Positions 38,796-51,901 of a DNA stretch of 64,000 bases are shown here, in pieces. The position numbers and the translations under genes were made by a program. Location of the stretch: assembly GCF_009914755.1 (NCBI RefSeq), contig NC_060940.1. One strand, given 5' to 3'. Positions within the stretch are counted from its first letter, which is position 1. Each line of letters opens with the position of its first letter. This DNA comes from the human T2T-CHM13v2.0 reference genome, Homo sapiens. The notes below the pieces were generated by a model. That model had not been told where the DNA came from. It worked only from the letters and a program-made list of their open reading frames with translations, and searched no databases.

Positions 38796-39339
38796 AAAAA
38801 AGCACAAGGACCTTATTTTCTTACTTGCACTCTTGTTCGTAGCAGTCTGAATAGCGTATTATAAAAGCTCAGTAAATGTGAATTTTCTGGGAAGTGAGCT
38901 GGAGATAGATAGCCACAGAATTCGGTAATCTGCCTTCTCAACCAACTGTCTAACCTACAGAACAGAGGAAGGGACCAAACCCTGGGCTGATAGCCTGAAC
39001 ATCTTGATTTTCCTAGCTGGTTCCCAGAGAAGCAGAGTCCTATCTGCCTTCAGAAGTGACTCTTCCACTCACTGAGAACACAGATCATCACACTTCTGAG
39101 TCTCACTTTCTTCATAGCATTCAGAATTTGTCTCAGTTATAACATAACTTTTGAATCAAACTATTAGTATAATTTGTATTGGGTTTTACTTTTCTCAGTG
39201 CCATCAAGGGACCCACAAGGGCTCAGAACATCACTGGTTTGTCTACCTGCATTAGAGGAAGAAGAGGCAATCAACATCCAGCCTTTTCTACAAAAGCAAT
39301 AAAATATATATGGATACATATAATTAACAAGGGCTTAAT

Positions 39340-39870
39340 TTTAAGAGTAGGAGCTCGGCAGTCAGTCATATTTAGTCAAATCTTGACTTTATCGCATTAT
39401 TTTCTGTGGCCAGGGAAGTTTATTTTTCATCTCTGTACCCAGGTGTCTGTACTTGCATGAATTTTGATAGCATCTACCTCCTAAAATTGTAAAGATTTAA
39501 TGAGACAATGCAAGCATAATCCTTGGCCTAGTACCTAGTATGTGGTAAGTTCCCCACAAATAGTAGTTAAAGGTTTTGAAACTGCAAAATTATAGACCAG
39601 AAGTGGATCTAAAGAGTACCTGGTCAAATATTCTTCATGGTAGATCTGCCTCTTACTTGGAACCACTACGTGCTAACTTGTTTTCTGGATGTATGTTATT
39701 ATTTACAGTTCTTTAAAGAGACCTACAAGCTGCATATTATTATCTACAATTTTCTGATAGAGCACTTTTAGGGAGAGTGTAACTGACTTGCTTAAAGCCA
39801 TAGTTAACACGTGGCTGAAAGAGAATTTTAACTTAGATTTGCCTGTCTTCAAAACATATAATGTGCTGCT
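39340..39870. mobile_element. Two MIRs, tail to tail
   Basis: + copy at 39340-39570; - copy at 39640-39870. Confidence 0.65.
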
Positions 39871-40927
39871 TCAATAGGTAAGAAAGTTCAAAGAGAGAGA
39901 ATAATGTGCACAAGCTTAAAAAAAGAATAGGCCTACTACGATTTAAATCTTTGAATTCCATGCAAGTATGGTTTCCACCAACACTCACTCTCACTGATCA
40001 TCACACAACTAGATTTAGATCAGCTCAAAATAAACTACATGTTATGTATGAACCAATAATGGGACTTGTTCACATGTGGAAACAGGGGGCAGTAAATGTT
40101 TTTTGGTTATCCAAGGGTATTAATCAGAACTTTGTTTTTTCCGCTACACACTCCACATAGATGTCTAAGCTTCCAAACATTGCTTATAGTCCCGTCTCCC
40201 GCTGGACTTGTGCCTCGGTTTCCGTATTTTGGAAAGCAGAATCATAACATCTCATAATGACATTGTGAGCAGTCGTCCGAAAGTACTAAGTGTAATTCTA
40301 CACACACAATGATTAGCCATCCACATTTGCTTTACTTCTCTTTCCCCAAAACACAACTTTGTCATCCAGCTGTGTCCCAATTTCAGCACTAGGGAGGACA
40401 TGATGTTCTGTTGGGTATACTCTGAACCGTGAGTAACCCCAGCCCTTCTTTACAGAGAAAGTGATTCCTCTGTCAAGGACTCTTCATCAATGATGGGTGG
40501 TGGTGACAAGGAATCAAAGTGCAGTCTTGGAACATTCAGCAAACATTAACTACTTCATTAGTGATCATTTCACTTTGAGTTCCATTGTATGCCAATTCAT
40601 CACAGTGAGAGTGGGCAGCAAGTCATGAGTGATAAATGAGCACCGCACTCAGGTACTTTCATAATTAAGCCATGTGGAGGAGGCAGGAGGACCAGGCTCG
40701 GCATCCCCATCCTTTGATAAGTCTCTGTTCACATCCAGGTCTCTTTATTTGCTTTTGAGAAAATGTATATGGAGAAGGAGAACTGCATTCAAGCCCAGCT
40801 CTGCTGATAACCAGCTGTGTGACCTTGCGTAAGCCACTATGCTGGCCATACTTACGAAGAAGGGTGGACACAGTCAGGAAGACCTAGCTGTAGATTCCAG
40901 CACTGAACTTCCTAGTTGTGTGACCTT

Positions 40928-41339
40928 ACAAAACCAAAAAAGAAAAGGATAGGCCAATATCCCAGATGAACATAGATGCAAAAATCCTCAACAAAATACT
41001 AGCAAACTGAATCCAGCACCACATCAAAAAGTTAATTCAACATGATCAAGTAGGCTTCATTCCTGCCATGCAAGGTTGAGTCACCATATGAAAATCAATA
41101 AACACGATTCACCAGATAAACAGAATTAAAAACCAAAACCATATGATCATCTCCATAGACACAGCAAGAGCCTTCAACAAAATCCAACATCCTTTCATGA
41201 TTAAAAAAAAAAACACTCAAGAAACAGTCAACATCATACTGAATGGGCAAAAACTGGAAGCATTCCCCCTTGAGAATTGGAACAACACAAAAATGCCCAC
41301 TGTCACCACTCCTATTAAACACAGTACTGCAAGCCTTAG
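40928..41339 (+). mobile_element. Internal L1 ORF2 (RT) fragment without 3' UTR or poly(A)
   Basis: Translates as [21 protein letters not shown] and [14 protein letters not shown], matching L1 ORF2p RT; flanked by 17-bp direct repeats. Confidence 0.92.
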
Positions 41340-41498
41340 CCTAGCTGTGTGGCCTTGACCTCACAGGTTGGCTTCACAACCCATTACAACTCTGAATGTC
41401 TCTCCATATTCCACATCAGTGCTATGCTTATTTGAATGTTTATGATTGTGTTTTGGTTAGTTTGTTTGCCATGAAAAATCATTTGATCTGACCCCCCC

Positions 41499-41988
41499 CA
41501 TATTAATTTCCCACTGCTGCTGTAACAGATGACTACATAGTGGCTTAAACCAACACAAGTTTAGTTGCTAAAAACCCAATGCCTTACAGCTCTTTAGGTC
41601 AGAAGTCCAAAATGTATCTCACTGGACTAAAATTGCATTGTCAGCAGGTCTGGGTTCCTTCTGGGTGTTCTGGGGTAGAATTCATTTCATGGCCTTTTCC
41701 AGATTCTAGAGGTTCCCTGTATCCTTGGCTCTGGCCTCTTGCTCCATCTGCAGAGTACATTGCTTCAGGGTTTGCTTGATTCTCACATCTCCTTCTCTGG
41801 CTTTTATGAGAACGCTTGTGATTACATGGGTCCCATTCACAAATTCAGAGTAATCTCCCCAACCCTTGCCTTAATTACATCTGCAAAGTCTCTTTTGCTG
41901 TGTCAGGCAACATAATCACAGGTCCTGGGATTAGAACATGGGCATCTTTTGGTGGTTGGGGGCAGGGGACATTTTTCTGCCTATCATA
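41499..41988 (-). mobile_element. MLT1D solo LTR
   Basis: tgctgctgtaaca...cttaattacatctgcaaagtc...tctgcctatcata. Confidence 0.85.
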
Positions 41989-42124
41989 CCTTCTTACAGT
42001 CAGTCAGATTAAAATTACATGACAAATACCCAGGAGAAAAAGTTACAACCTCCACTGGCAACTCACTTTGATGATAACAAGGAAATGCAAAAGAAAGGAC
42101 AAAATTGCGATTAAAGGAAATCAT

Positions 42125-42290
42125 TATTTAGCTCAGCTGACTTAAGCAAGTTGAATCAATCTGTGCTCAGTTTCCATCTGTAAAGTGAGGATTACCATGT
42201 TACCAATGAAATAGATTTACTGTAGGGATTAAATGAGGTGATATTCTCAAAGCATTTGGCACAGTGGCCAGAACATCATGGATATACTAA
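42125..42290 (+). mobile_element. MIR
   Basis: ctcagtttccatctgtaaagtgagg...gggattaaatgag. Confidence 0.75.
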
Positions 42291-42861
42291 AATTCTCACC
42301 CTGAGGCTCCACCTTCTTTGCAATTACTACATCATTCATGTAAGAAGAAAGGGACCAGTTGATGAATACTCAAGGATAAGTGTCATTGTGACTTGCCGAC
42401 CTACACAGCATCTCCAATTAACTCACAGAGAAGACCTTGCCGAATTCTCTTGCCAGACTTACTCGTATTATTTTAGATTTTAAAAGTAGTAACTAAGGTG
42501 GATGGCAATTTAAAATCTACATTTCTAAATTTACATTTCTAGGAGAATTTTCTCCCTTCTTCTTCACCATAGCTCTCTACCCAGATGTGTTAATTATTTC
42601 TCCCCAGAAGAGGAGACTGAGAATCAGAGTGGTCAAGCACAAAGTCAAGGCACTTAATAAGCAGAAAGTCAGGCTCTAGTCTTGCTTTTCCAACTCCAAA
42701 CCTCACGCCTTTCCACTGTGTCATGCTGCCTGCACATTTGTTTGCAATGTGTCACACTTATGTTTTATGGCTGGGAAAATAAGGACAAGGAATCCAAAAG
42801 AAATTAACAGGTGACTCAACTTTAAAACAGCCGCTGATTCAAAACAATCCTACACTGCTTA

Positions 42862-43080
42862 TTATACATATATACACACACATATACATACATGTGTGTA
42901 TATGTATATGTGTGTGTATATATATGTATGTATATGTATATGTGTGTGTATACGTATATATGTATATACATAGTGTGAGTGTGGGCAGCAAGTCATGAGT
43001 GATAAATGAGCACCACACTCAGGTACTTTCATATACATATACATATACATATGTATATATACGTATATGTATGTATGTAA
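42862..43080. repeat. TA/TG/CA low-complexity tract containing a 53-bp unique insert
   Basis: Direct reading; the insert matches 40611-40663. Confidence 0.9.
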
Positions 43081-44329
43081 GTTCCTTGGGCTCGAAATGC
43101 TAGAGTTGGGCTGACCTGGGTTTGAATTCTGGTTCTGAAATTACAGTGATATTCAACAAGTTATGACCTCTCCTAACCTCAGTGCCAGTTCCTGCTGGGG
43201 TAAAGTCCCAAGTCACTGTCATTTGGGCATAAAGGTGAGAGTGAATGTAACTGCTATGTGACAGATTTTGGGGAGAGTCTATATTTATGGAAACATTCCA
43301 AGGAGGGTTTTACCGAACTGATTCTTCTAGAAACCTCGCAATTAAATGGAAGCAATAACAAAGGCTGACAGGCTTAGCTAAGGTGAGACCGACTTTCCTT
43401 CCATCTATCTTGGCCATATTTTCTAGGAACGCTTATTTGGAGAGACAAACATTTAGGTTTGAAGAAATCATACTCGATTTCTCTGGAGCCTTCTTGCTTC
43501 AGCTGGATATGCAAAGAGTTACAGTTTGGAAGGTGCACCGTAAATCCAGTGATGGCTATTCTGGAACTGACTGGAGACACTTTCAAACCTAATTAAAGTG
43601 GTTTCCCTTTTTGGATTTGCTCCAGGTATCCATTTACTGCATGGGCTAGAAACTAATGTGTAGCAAGATTTGGGATCAGGGCCCTTATACTGCAAGGTTT
43701 GTTATATATGATTAAGCTAAACCGCTTAGTTTAATTTGAAATAAAAGAAATTGCATTCCATATTCAAGAAATAAAGTATCTAAGTAAAAACAGAATTACA
43801 AATTAAAAATCTGTTTTTTGAAACCAAGTACCTATTTCAGGAATTAGAAATATTTGCTTTGGAATTATTTCCGCAACCATAAGCCCAATTCCTTCATACA
43901 TAAGCCCAGTGACTATTCTCTCATTGTCCTTTTCATTTTCTCTTCCTTTCGAATCTCATGCTGATCTCCTTCCATTGCGACGTCATTGTAAAGAATGAAT
44001 GTCATAAGTTACTTAGCACACTACCTGGCACATAGAAGGTGTCCACTAAATCATAACCAACATTGACATGCATTATCAACATAATCATCATTGTCATCGT
44101 CATCATCGTGGCACCATCACCATTAATGCCATTTGTCTGAGACCCTCTCTTTTGGTGAGGAAGGGTAGAAGGTTACAGGTGAAAACCAGAGCAACAAGGA
44201 GAAATCTAACCGGTGCCTAACAATTGCTTTCACTGAGTACCCAAAGTCAATGTGATCTCAATGGTACAAAGGAAGAACTGAGCGATAGATATGTTAACAG
44301 TATTGCTTATGAATATATCTTTAACTCTC

Positions 44330-44590
44330 ATTCACCCTGCACATCTCAGCCCAATCATCAGCTACCCAGGGAAACCTTCCCTGAAGCCCTGGACAATCAA
44401 ATCTTCCTGGTATGTAATCTTTTCGTATCATGCACCCACCAGCTTTGTAATTCTCACAATTGCATGTTTATTTTTATTTCTATTATTGTTTGACTACTAT
44501 CTGTTTGTGCCATAACACTGTAAGCTCCTTATATCATTTTGCTTACTGTTATACCCCAGTTCTTGGCACACATAGGTAATCAATAATTTC
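44330..44590 (+). mobile_element. L2 3' fragment
   Basis: agggaaaccttccctga...ctgtaagctcc...ggcacacatagg. Confidence 0.7.
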
Positions 44591-44593
44591 ATG

Positions 44594-44752
44594 TTTTGTT
44601 TTTTAGAGACAGAGTCTTGCTCTGTCACCCAGGCTGAAGTGCAGTGGTGCAATCATACCTCACTGCAACCTCAAATTCCTGGGCTCAAGTGATCCTTCCC
44701 CTTCAGCCTCCCAAAGATCTAGGATTAAAGTGTTAGCCACCACACCCAGCCA
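44594..44752 (-). mobile_element. Alu monomer (FRAM/AluJ)
   Basis: gagacagagtcttgctctgtcacc...ccacacccagcc. Confidence 0.88.
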
Positions 44753-44794
44753 GTAGTTAATTATTGAATAAATGAAAGGATAAATGGATGAATC

Positions 44795-45835
44795 AAAAAT
44801 ACTAACAATAACAAGTGTTGACAAGGATATGGAGACACTGGAACACTTACACATTCTTGGAGGAACTGTAAAATGGTACAGCCACTTTAGATAACAGTTT
44901 GGCAGTTCTTCAAGTTGTTAAATATAGACTAAGTTACCATATGACCCAGCAATTCTGCTTCTAGGTACAGATTCAAGAAATTTGAAAACATATTTCTCCA
45001 CACAAACTTCTGCAGGAATGTTCACAGTAGTACTGTACATAACAGCCAAAAAAATAAAAATCCCAAATTCTCATCAACTAATGAATGGATAAACAAAATG
45101 TACTCTATTCACACAATGAAATAGTATTTGACTGTAAAAATAATTTTAAAAAACTTGACACATGTCACAGTATGGATGAACCTTGAAGATATTATACTAA
45201 GTGAGATAACCCAGCCACAAAAAGTAGTATATTGTATGATTCCATTTATATGAAATGTCCAGAATAGGCAGACCACAGAAATGTAGACTAGATTCGTGGC
45301 CTCCAGAAGCTAGGGGAAGAGAGAATGAGGAGTGGCTGTGAAGGGATAAGGAATTTCTCTTTGGGGTGATAAAAATGTTCTGGAATTAGACAGTGGTGAT
45401 GGTTATACACCATGTGAATATGCTATTTAAAAATCACTGAATTGTGTACTTTAAAATGATAAATCTGAGTACAAAGGGTTTTAGGGCAGTGGACATACCC
45501 TGTTTGATACTGCATTGGGGGATAGATGCCATGACACTTTTGTCCACATACACAGAACATGTGGGAGTGAGCACTAATGTAAACTCTGAGCCCTAGGTGA
45601 TTGTGTCAATGTAAAAGACTCATCGATTGTAACAAAGGTACCACTTTGGTGGGGGACGTTGATACTGGGGCAAGCTATGATTGCGTGAATGCAGGAGGTA
45701 TATGGCAAATCCTTTTGCTTCTGCTCAATTTTGCTGTAAATCTAAAACCCCTCTAAATAAAAATAAGGTCACTTTTTAAAAATGGTGAATCTTATGTGAA
45801 TAACATCTCTGTAAAGTTGTTATTTTTTTAAAAAA
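44795..45835 (+). mobile_element. L1MB-type 3' end with a nested L1MC-type 3' end (45467-45777)
   Basis: ataacaagtgttgacaaggat...gacccagcaattc...tggatgaaccttgaa; nested element flanked by aaaatg(a/g)t(a/g)aatct. Confidence 0.85.
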
Positions 45836-46844
45836 ATGCATAAAGTGCTGGAGCTTGTCTGACTCCAAAATACCCAGACTCCTTCCCATACACTAGGCTG
45901 CTCTATTAGGCAGTAGCGCCTCTTCAGGGGCCACGTGCCTGCTTCTTCCACCCAAATCTCTCCTGGGAGCTGGGAAGTAAATGGGGGACAAATACCCCCT
46001 CCCAATTCCTGCCACACATTCATTCGGAAGGTTTCATTCTAGGAAGTTCAACTTTGAATACGTTCATAATGAATAATTTTAGGTTACTGCCTCAGAAGTA
46101 ATTGTAATGCACCTTTAGCAAAGTCTGTTTTCCAACTTGTAGAGCTGTTCCACACTACAGCTGTTGCAGTAAATACATTTTTTAATGATAGAATCATGCC
46201 TTGCTGTTCTAGTTCATCTCTGATTTCTTCTTGTTTAGGCCAAAGAGCACAAAGCTTATTTCTCACTAAAAAATGCATCCCAAACTTTATCCAGCCTCCC
46301 ACCCACCCATTCCTAGCCAACTTTCACAACATCTCTGCACACTTGGAAAATCGTAGATAGAGGACACAGAGACTCTACACAGGATCCCATTAGAGAGGAA
46401 TGGAAGAAACAGTGTTCTTTGATAACGTAAGGGTGGGGCGGGGGGGTTATAGCCAATTTTTGTACATAATCTCTAAAGACATGGGTGGACTTCCTCATGG
46501 ATCTTTCCATCAAGTATGCCATTGGAAGGAGGTACAAACCTGACTTTTAAAGCTTCTATGAATAAACTATTACTTAGGTATTTTTAAAGAAGTGAAACAA
46601 ATTTAGATAACACACACAAGTTCCTTTTTTAAAATTACCTTTAGTTATTTCTACTTCTCCCCAGAGTGTCACAGCAGCCCAGATATTCTCCGGAACCATC
46701 TCTCCATATCACACCCCCACTCCTGTCTCCTCACTGCACCCAAACTCAGCCCCAGGAATTTGGGTGTCACCTGAGTTCCTTCCTTGCTCAGTCCTTCTAT
46801 GTTCCTTATTTAATCTACATGAAAGCTTTCTAATATATATATTA

Positions 46845-46945
46845 TTATATTTGCATTTTAAAGACTAAAAAACTAAGGTTCCAAGTAGTAAAGTGACATG
46901 CCAAGGTCACACAGTTGATAAGTGGAGCCAAAGGGTCTGTGATTC
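46845..46945 (-). mobile_element. MIR core
   Basis: aaactaagg...gtgacatgccaaggtcacacag. Confidence 0.7.
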
Positions 46946-47679
46946 TTTACTGTTCGATGAATCTCCAACATCTCTTTTTGTGCAACACTATGCTTCCTTC
47001 TTGCCAATCTCCTTTAGCCAAAGTTCCTTGTCTTACAGTATAGGGAAACTGACATATGTTGACATTTTTCCAGACTGAAATCCACAGTTTAGCCCTTATC
47101 CATGACCCCACACTGCAAAACCATGAAGTGGAATGGATGCAAACCAATAAATACCTTTTCTGTACCTGATAGGAGAAAGCATTACACACATGAGATATCT
47201 GGCAACCTTACGTCTTTTGGGTATAAACAACACACAAAAACGTCTGTTAAAATTATTGGAAAATACAAGATGACCTTTGGCCAAATGTTAAAGGGAAGGA
47301 AGCTGGCTAGGAAGCTGAGTCCTGACTGATGAACAGTACAGGGAACAGTACCTGTGTTAGCAACCGATAAACCAAACCTGATAGCACTGAACTCTGTAAT
47401 TTCCACTAACTGCATTTTCTTCTCCCTATGGAGACTGTGGTTGATGGAGGTTAAATTTCTACTTTTATTTGCAAAGAAGGGGGAGTTGTGCCATCTGTAT
47501 TTCTATGAGAGTCATGTGGATCAAATCCTCTGCTCACTCCTTTCGCAAATTCTTCCCCTTCAGAGGACGACCTTCTAAGCTGGCTTTCCAGAGAGAAAGA
47601 TATTCACTGGGCTGCGTGCCACCAGTGCCTGGGTCTCACAGGCAAGAACCAGGGCCCCACTTGTAGAGTGACCCTGTAA

Positions 47680-47884
47680 CATGGCTTCTCAACTGGGAGG
47701 ATTTTGTCCCTAGGTAACGTCTGGAGACATTGTGGGTTTTCTTAACTTGGGGGTGGGGGACTGTTCTACTGGAAGCCAGTGGGTCAGGGCTGCTTCTAAA
47801 CATACTACAATGTACAGGACAGCTTCCCACGACAAAGAATCATCCCAACCAAAATTCAATAGTGCTGACATTGAGTAAACCCTG
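47680..47884 (+). mobile_element. MER20 hAT MITE
   Basis: ttctcaactggg...tctggagacatt...caatagtgctgacattgagtaaaccctg. Confidence 0.85.
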
Positions 47885-48059
47885 CTCAGAAATGACCCAT
47901 TCTTACTTCTTCTTCAAGCCCCTGCTCAGACAAAGCACTATTTCCGACGTGGGAGGAGAATCAGCCTCCCCATCTCCATTTTACTTTCTCCCTTTCCCAG
48001 TTACAGACCAAGTAACCTGGACCATCCAGGAAGGGGTTGCCTAAGCCAGGTCCTTGTCA

Positions 48060-48504
48060 GTCTCTGGAGAAAAGTAGCCTGCTGCATGGCAAGAGTGGTA
48101 ACATCTTGAATTGAAACCATCATGATGGCCAATGTTTGAGTCCTGAATACCAAGGTGTTCTGTAGCAAGGTCTTTAAACAATGCATGCAGCATAGATTAT
48201 TGCCCCACATAAACATGCCTTTCTCACCTCCCCAGTGGTCCTGAGTTTCAGCAAGAAAGTCCAAAGATGTGGCCAGCTGCACATGTCTTTAGTCTAAAAG
48301 CTTGCTATTATAAAGGATGGCTTCTGGAAAGTGGTTGTGGGAATCCACTTTCTCAAAGCCACCTGAGACATCACTTTTGTATGAAAGTCCCTATCAAATA
48401 TTTTCCTTCGGAGAAACTGGATTTTTCAATGTCTTTCTTTGGCCTCTCAACTCCCTCAGCCTTTGGGAGTAGGTTTGCATAGACCTGCTCACTCCAGTAT
48501 AGCA
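48060..48504 (+). mobile_element. MER34/MER39-like ERV1 LTR
   Basis: 3' end gtaggtttgcatagacctgctcac; gagaaactggatt. Confidence 0.6.
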
Positions 48505-49672
48505 CCTGAGAGTACTGTGTCTAGCTATTCTATTTCAGCACTGGTTTGTGCATTTGATTTGGCTCTTCCTGGAATTACAATTACAATACCCCTCCCTTTA
48601 GTTTAAAGGCAAAATAGGCAGGGATTCAGGAAGGAGAAGCAGGTAGCTTCCTAAAGCCCCCAGCCTAATCTCTGCCGATTATAGAAGTCATGCATTTCAT
48701 GGCAAATGGATTTCTGCGCAAGCCTTCCTGTGTTGTTTTTCATTCAGTGTTTGCCCCTTTTTATACAGCTCTCTTAACTCAGGAGACCAGAGAATAATAG
48801 GGAGGATGGCAGGACTTACGTGCCAAAATGTGACATAGAACTCCAAAATGCTAGCATCATGTTTAAGTCTGTCTTTCCAGCAAACCATCACCTGTGAAAT
48901 TGGGAATTGGGTGTCAGAGGAAATGGGTCAGAGATATTTCATTTGCAATGAAAATTTCAGATCATCCCAAACTCAATGACTGAGACACATTTTCAAGAGG
49001 AACAGATGGGTGCTTGTGAGCATGAGGGTTTCAGATACTCAGGGGAGAAAGTTGTTTTAGCCAAACCTCCTGGGGGAGTCCATCTGGTCCAGGCTGTAAC
49101 AACTTACCCCATGAAGAGGCTAGATGAAGCCTGATAATGCCTGCAGCTCTGCGGGGGCAGGAGTTTGTAGGAGCTGATGTTCTTCTTTATGGTGACCAAT
49201 GGCCCATCACTGGGAAAGAAGAAAGAAAATGCAGCTCTGTCTGAAGAGATGGTCCATAAATCTGATCTACCCTTCATGGATGGTGGAAGGCCCATGCATG
49301 CAACCCACATGTGTCCCAGCCTGGCTCCTGCATAACGAAAAGTTGACAGTTCCAGATTCTATGAGTTCAGGTGAAAGACTGACAACATCCAAGGGCAAGT
49401 CTCAGTGGACATTCAATTCCCACGAGCTGGTATCATTTTTCACAGCATGGCTTTCCATGCCGCAAGTCATTAAGCTTCCAAAATCCCAAATTCCTTAGCC
49501 CTGCAAAACGTTAGCTAATATTTTAATACGATCATTCTCTGAAATACAACATTCTCTGGGATGATGCGCATTTATAGGAAAAGCCAAGAGTAGCATATCG
49601 CTGTAAGCACAGGCGACTTTAAAATAACAGTGGAAAAAAAAAAAAAGGTAACAGTGGCAAAAAATTTAGCAT

Positions 49673-51101
49673 GATAGTTCTTAAACTTTTCGTTCTAGGA
49701 CCCATTACACACTTACAACCCATCTAGGCCCCCAGACAGTTTCTGCTTTTGTAGGTTATGTCAACATTTATATTTTAGAAATTCAAACCAATACAAAAAC
49801 CAATACAATTTTAAATGCTTATTTATCAATGCACTTAAAATAACAACCATAAATCCATTACATGTTAGCATAAATAATGTAAATTTATTAAAAAATAACC
49901 AAAGTTTCCAAAACAAAAAACAATTTAGCAAGATGACTGGCATTGTCTAACATTTTTTTTGCAAATCCTTCTAATGTCTGAGTTAATAGAAAACAGCTAG
50001 ATTCTCACATCCGATCCTGCATTTAATCTTTTGTAACTTATTATCTGGGTTGAAATATATAAAGAAAATTCAATCTCACATAGATATCCCTGTAGAAAAA
50101 ATAAACTTATTTTAATAGCCTTTTTAGATATTTGCGGGTAGCTTTTTGATACTACACCAAAACTCAACAAGGGGTATTCTTTGAAAGATTAGTTGCAATG
50201 TAGAATCTGAAATCATATCAGTGAAAATTTTTGTATTCCATTTAATAAAAATTCATTGCTCCATTTTGCATATTGACTGTCTGACTATACATGATGCATT
50301 GGTCATTTAGATCACATGGATTCCCTGAGTTACAAAGATATTTTTCTCCAGTATTTTTACATTTCATTTTTACATTATTTTTAAAAACACATTTGTAAAT
50401 ACCACCAATCTCATCCCAAAAGTATTCAAATATTCGGAAGCCATCAAGCTCACAGTTGCAGATACAAGTTTTTCACTTGAAACCTTGACTGGTACCATTG
50501 GCAACAGATACTGTCAATTGTTTTCCTTAAAATGACAGGCTCACTTTACTCATTTTCAAGAAAATGTCCACCATAATCATAATTGATGCATTGCTCCTCC
50601 AAGCAAAAATGGCATTCCATGAAAAAAAAGAGACTAGTTCAGCTCACAACTCAAGCAATCACACAAGTGGTTTTCTCTGAGCCAACCACTGTGCTTTGCT
50701 ATGTAACAGAAGTACTTTCTACATATTTCCGACTTATCACACAAAATATTAAAAGATATGAACTCAGGAGTTGAGATTTAATGAAATTAATCATTTTTAC
50801 TAATCTATCAAGAGCAATCTTAAGATAAGCTGGCTTCATTCATTTGTTTTTTTATCGTAAGCACCCAGCAGTGAAGAACGCAATGACGACTTGTACGATT
50901 GGACACTGTCACTTTGATTCCTTCTAAGGAATTTTTATTCACCACCATTTTATTCACCACTGCCTTCTCACCATTGGGGCAACTGTCAACTAGGCAAATA
51001 AGATCTTACTATTATTAAGAAAGTAGTTCTGACCTCAAAGACTCCCTGAAAGAGACTTGGGGACTCCCTGAGGCCCATGGACCGCACTTAGAGGACCGTC
51101 A
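49673..51101 (-). mobile_element. Near full-length Charlie1a hAT transposon (decayed)
   Basis: tagttcttaaactttt terminus; antisense transposase remnants; tgacctc...ccctgaaag...ggaccgcacttagaggacc terminus. Confidence 0.85.
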
Positions 51102-51393
51102 ATCTAGGGACTGTGGGGACCTAAGAAGCTTTGCTGACCCCAGTAGAGACAAGGATCTTACCTCTGCTTGTAAGGGCTTATGAGGAGAGCCTACTCAGAT
51201 CTCAGTTGTTCAATTTATCTATATTTGTATTTCAAAAAGAGTACACTTCCTGTAAAGATGAAAGCAGTGCAGACATATATGATGTTGATAGTAAAATTCT
51301 CTATAATCACAGTCAAGATTTTGGATTGCGATACAGCTTTCCCCAAATTATTTTCAGTGTGTATGAGGTAGATAGACAGATGGACATGGGATG

Positions 51394-51395
<2 letters not shown>

Positions 51396-51439
<44 letters not shown>
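51396..51439. repeat. Perfect (AT)22
   Basis: Direct reading. Confidence 0.95.
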
Positions 51440-51441
<2 letters not shown>

Positions 51442-51901
51442 CATTTTTTGTTTTATATATATAACAAAACAGATATTATAAATTAGATATTAATTATATA
51501 GTATATTAGCTATTCATTATATTGTATATATATTGATTATATATGTAAATGGATATATATAACAAAAAGATGGATTATGCCAGGTATGCTGATCTTTGTT
51601 TTGCTGCTATCATTTAACAGTATCCCTTAAACCCCAGTTCATGACAACACTTGTCGTTCTATCTCATTATCATCTGATGGATGCAGAGTAAGAATTCCAC
51701 TTAGGGCAGAGATGCAATTTCATTACCATCATTCCAGGCCCCAGATGCGGGGTTGGAATGTTGTTCTTCTACGGGAGGCAGCCAGGAAGTGGCAGCAAGG
51801 CCCTGCTGGGGTTTTCTCTGAGACGCAGCCCAGGAAGTGCCTATTTTTATCAGCATGCCTGTCCTTTCCTTCCCCATGGACTGGAAGGCAGTCTTTTAGG
51901 G

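Noticed and set aside
41143-41358. ORF with a reverse-transcriptase motif
   Set aside because: A short, deleted, frameshifted L1 ORF2 relic; not a functional RT, retron or DGR.
50200-50900. Possible transposase gene
   Set aside because: Charlie1a remnant with many stops; no ORF longer than ~63 aa.
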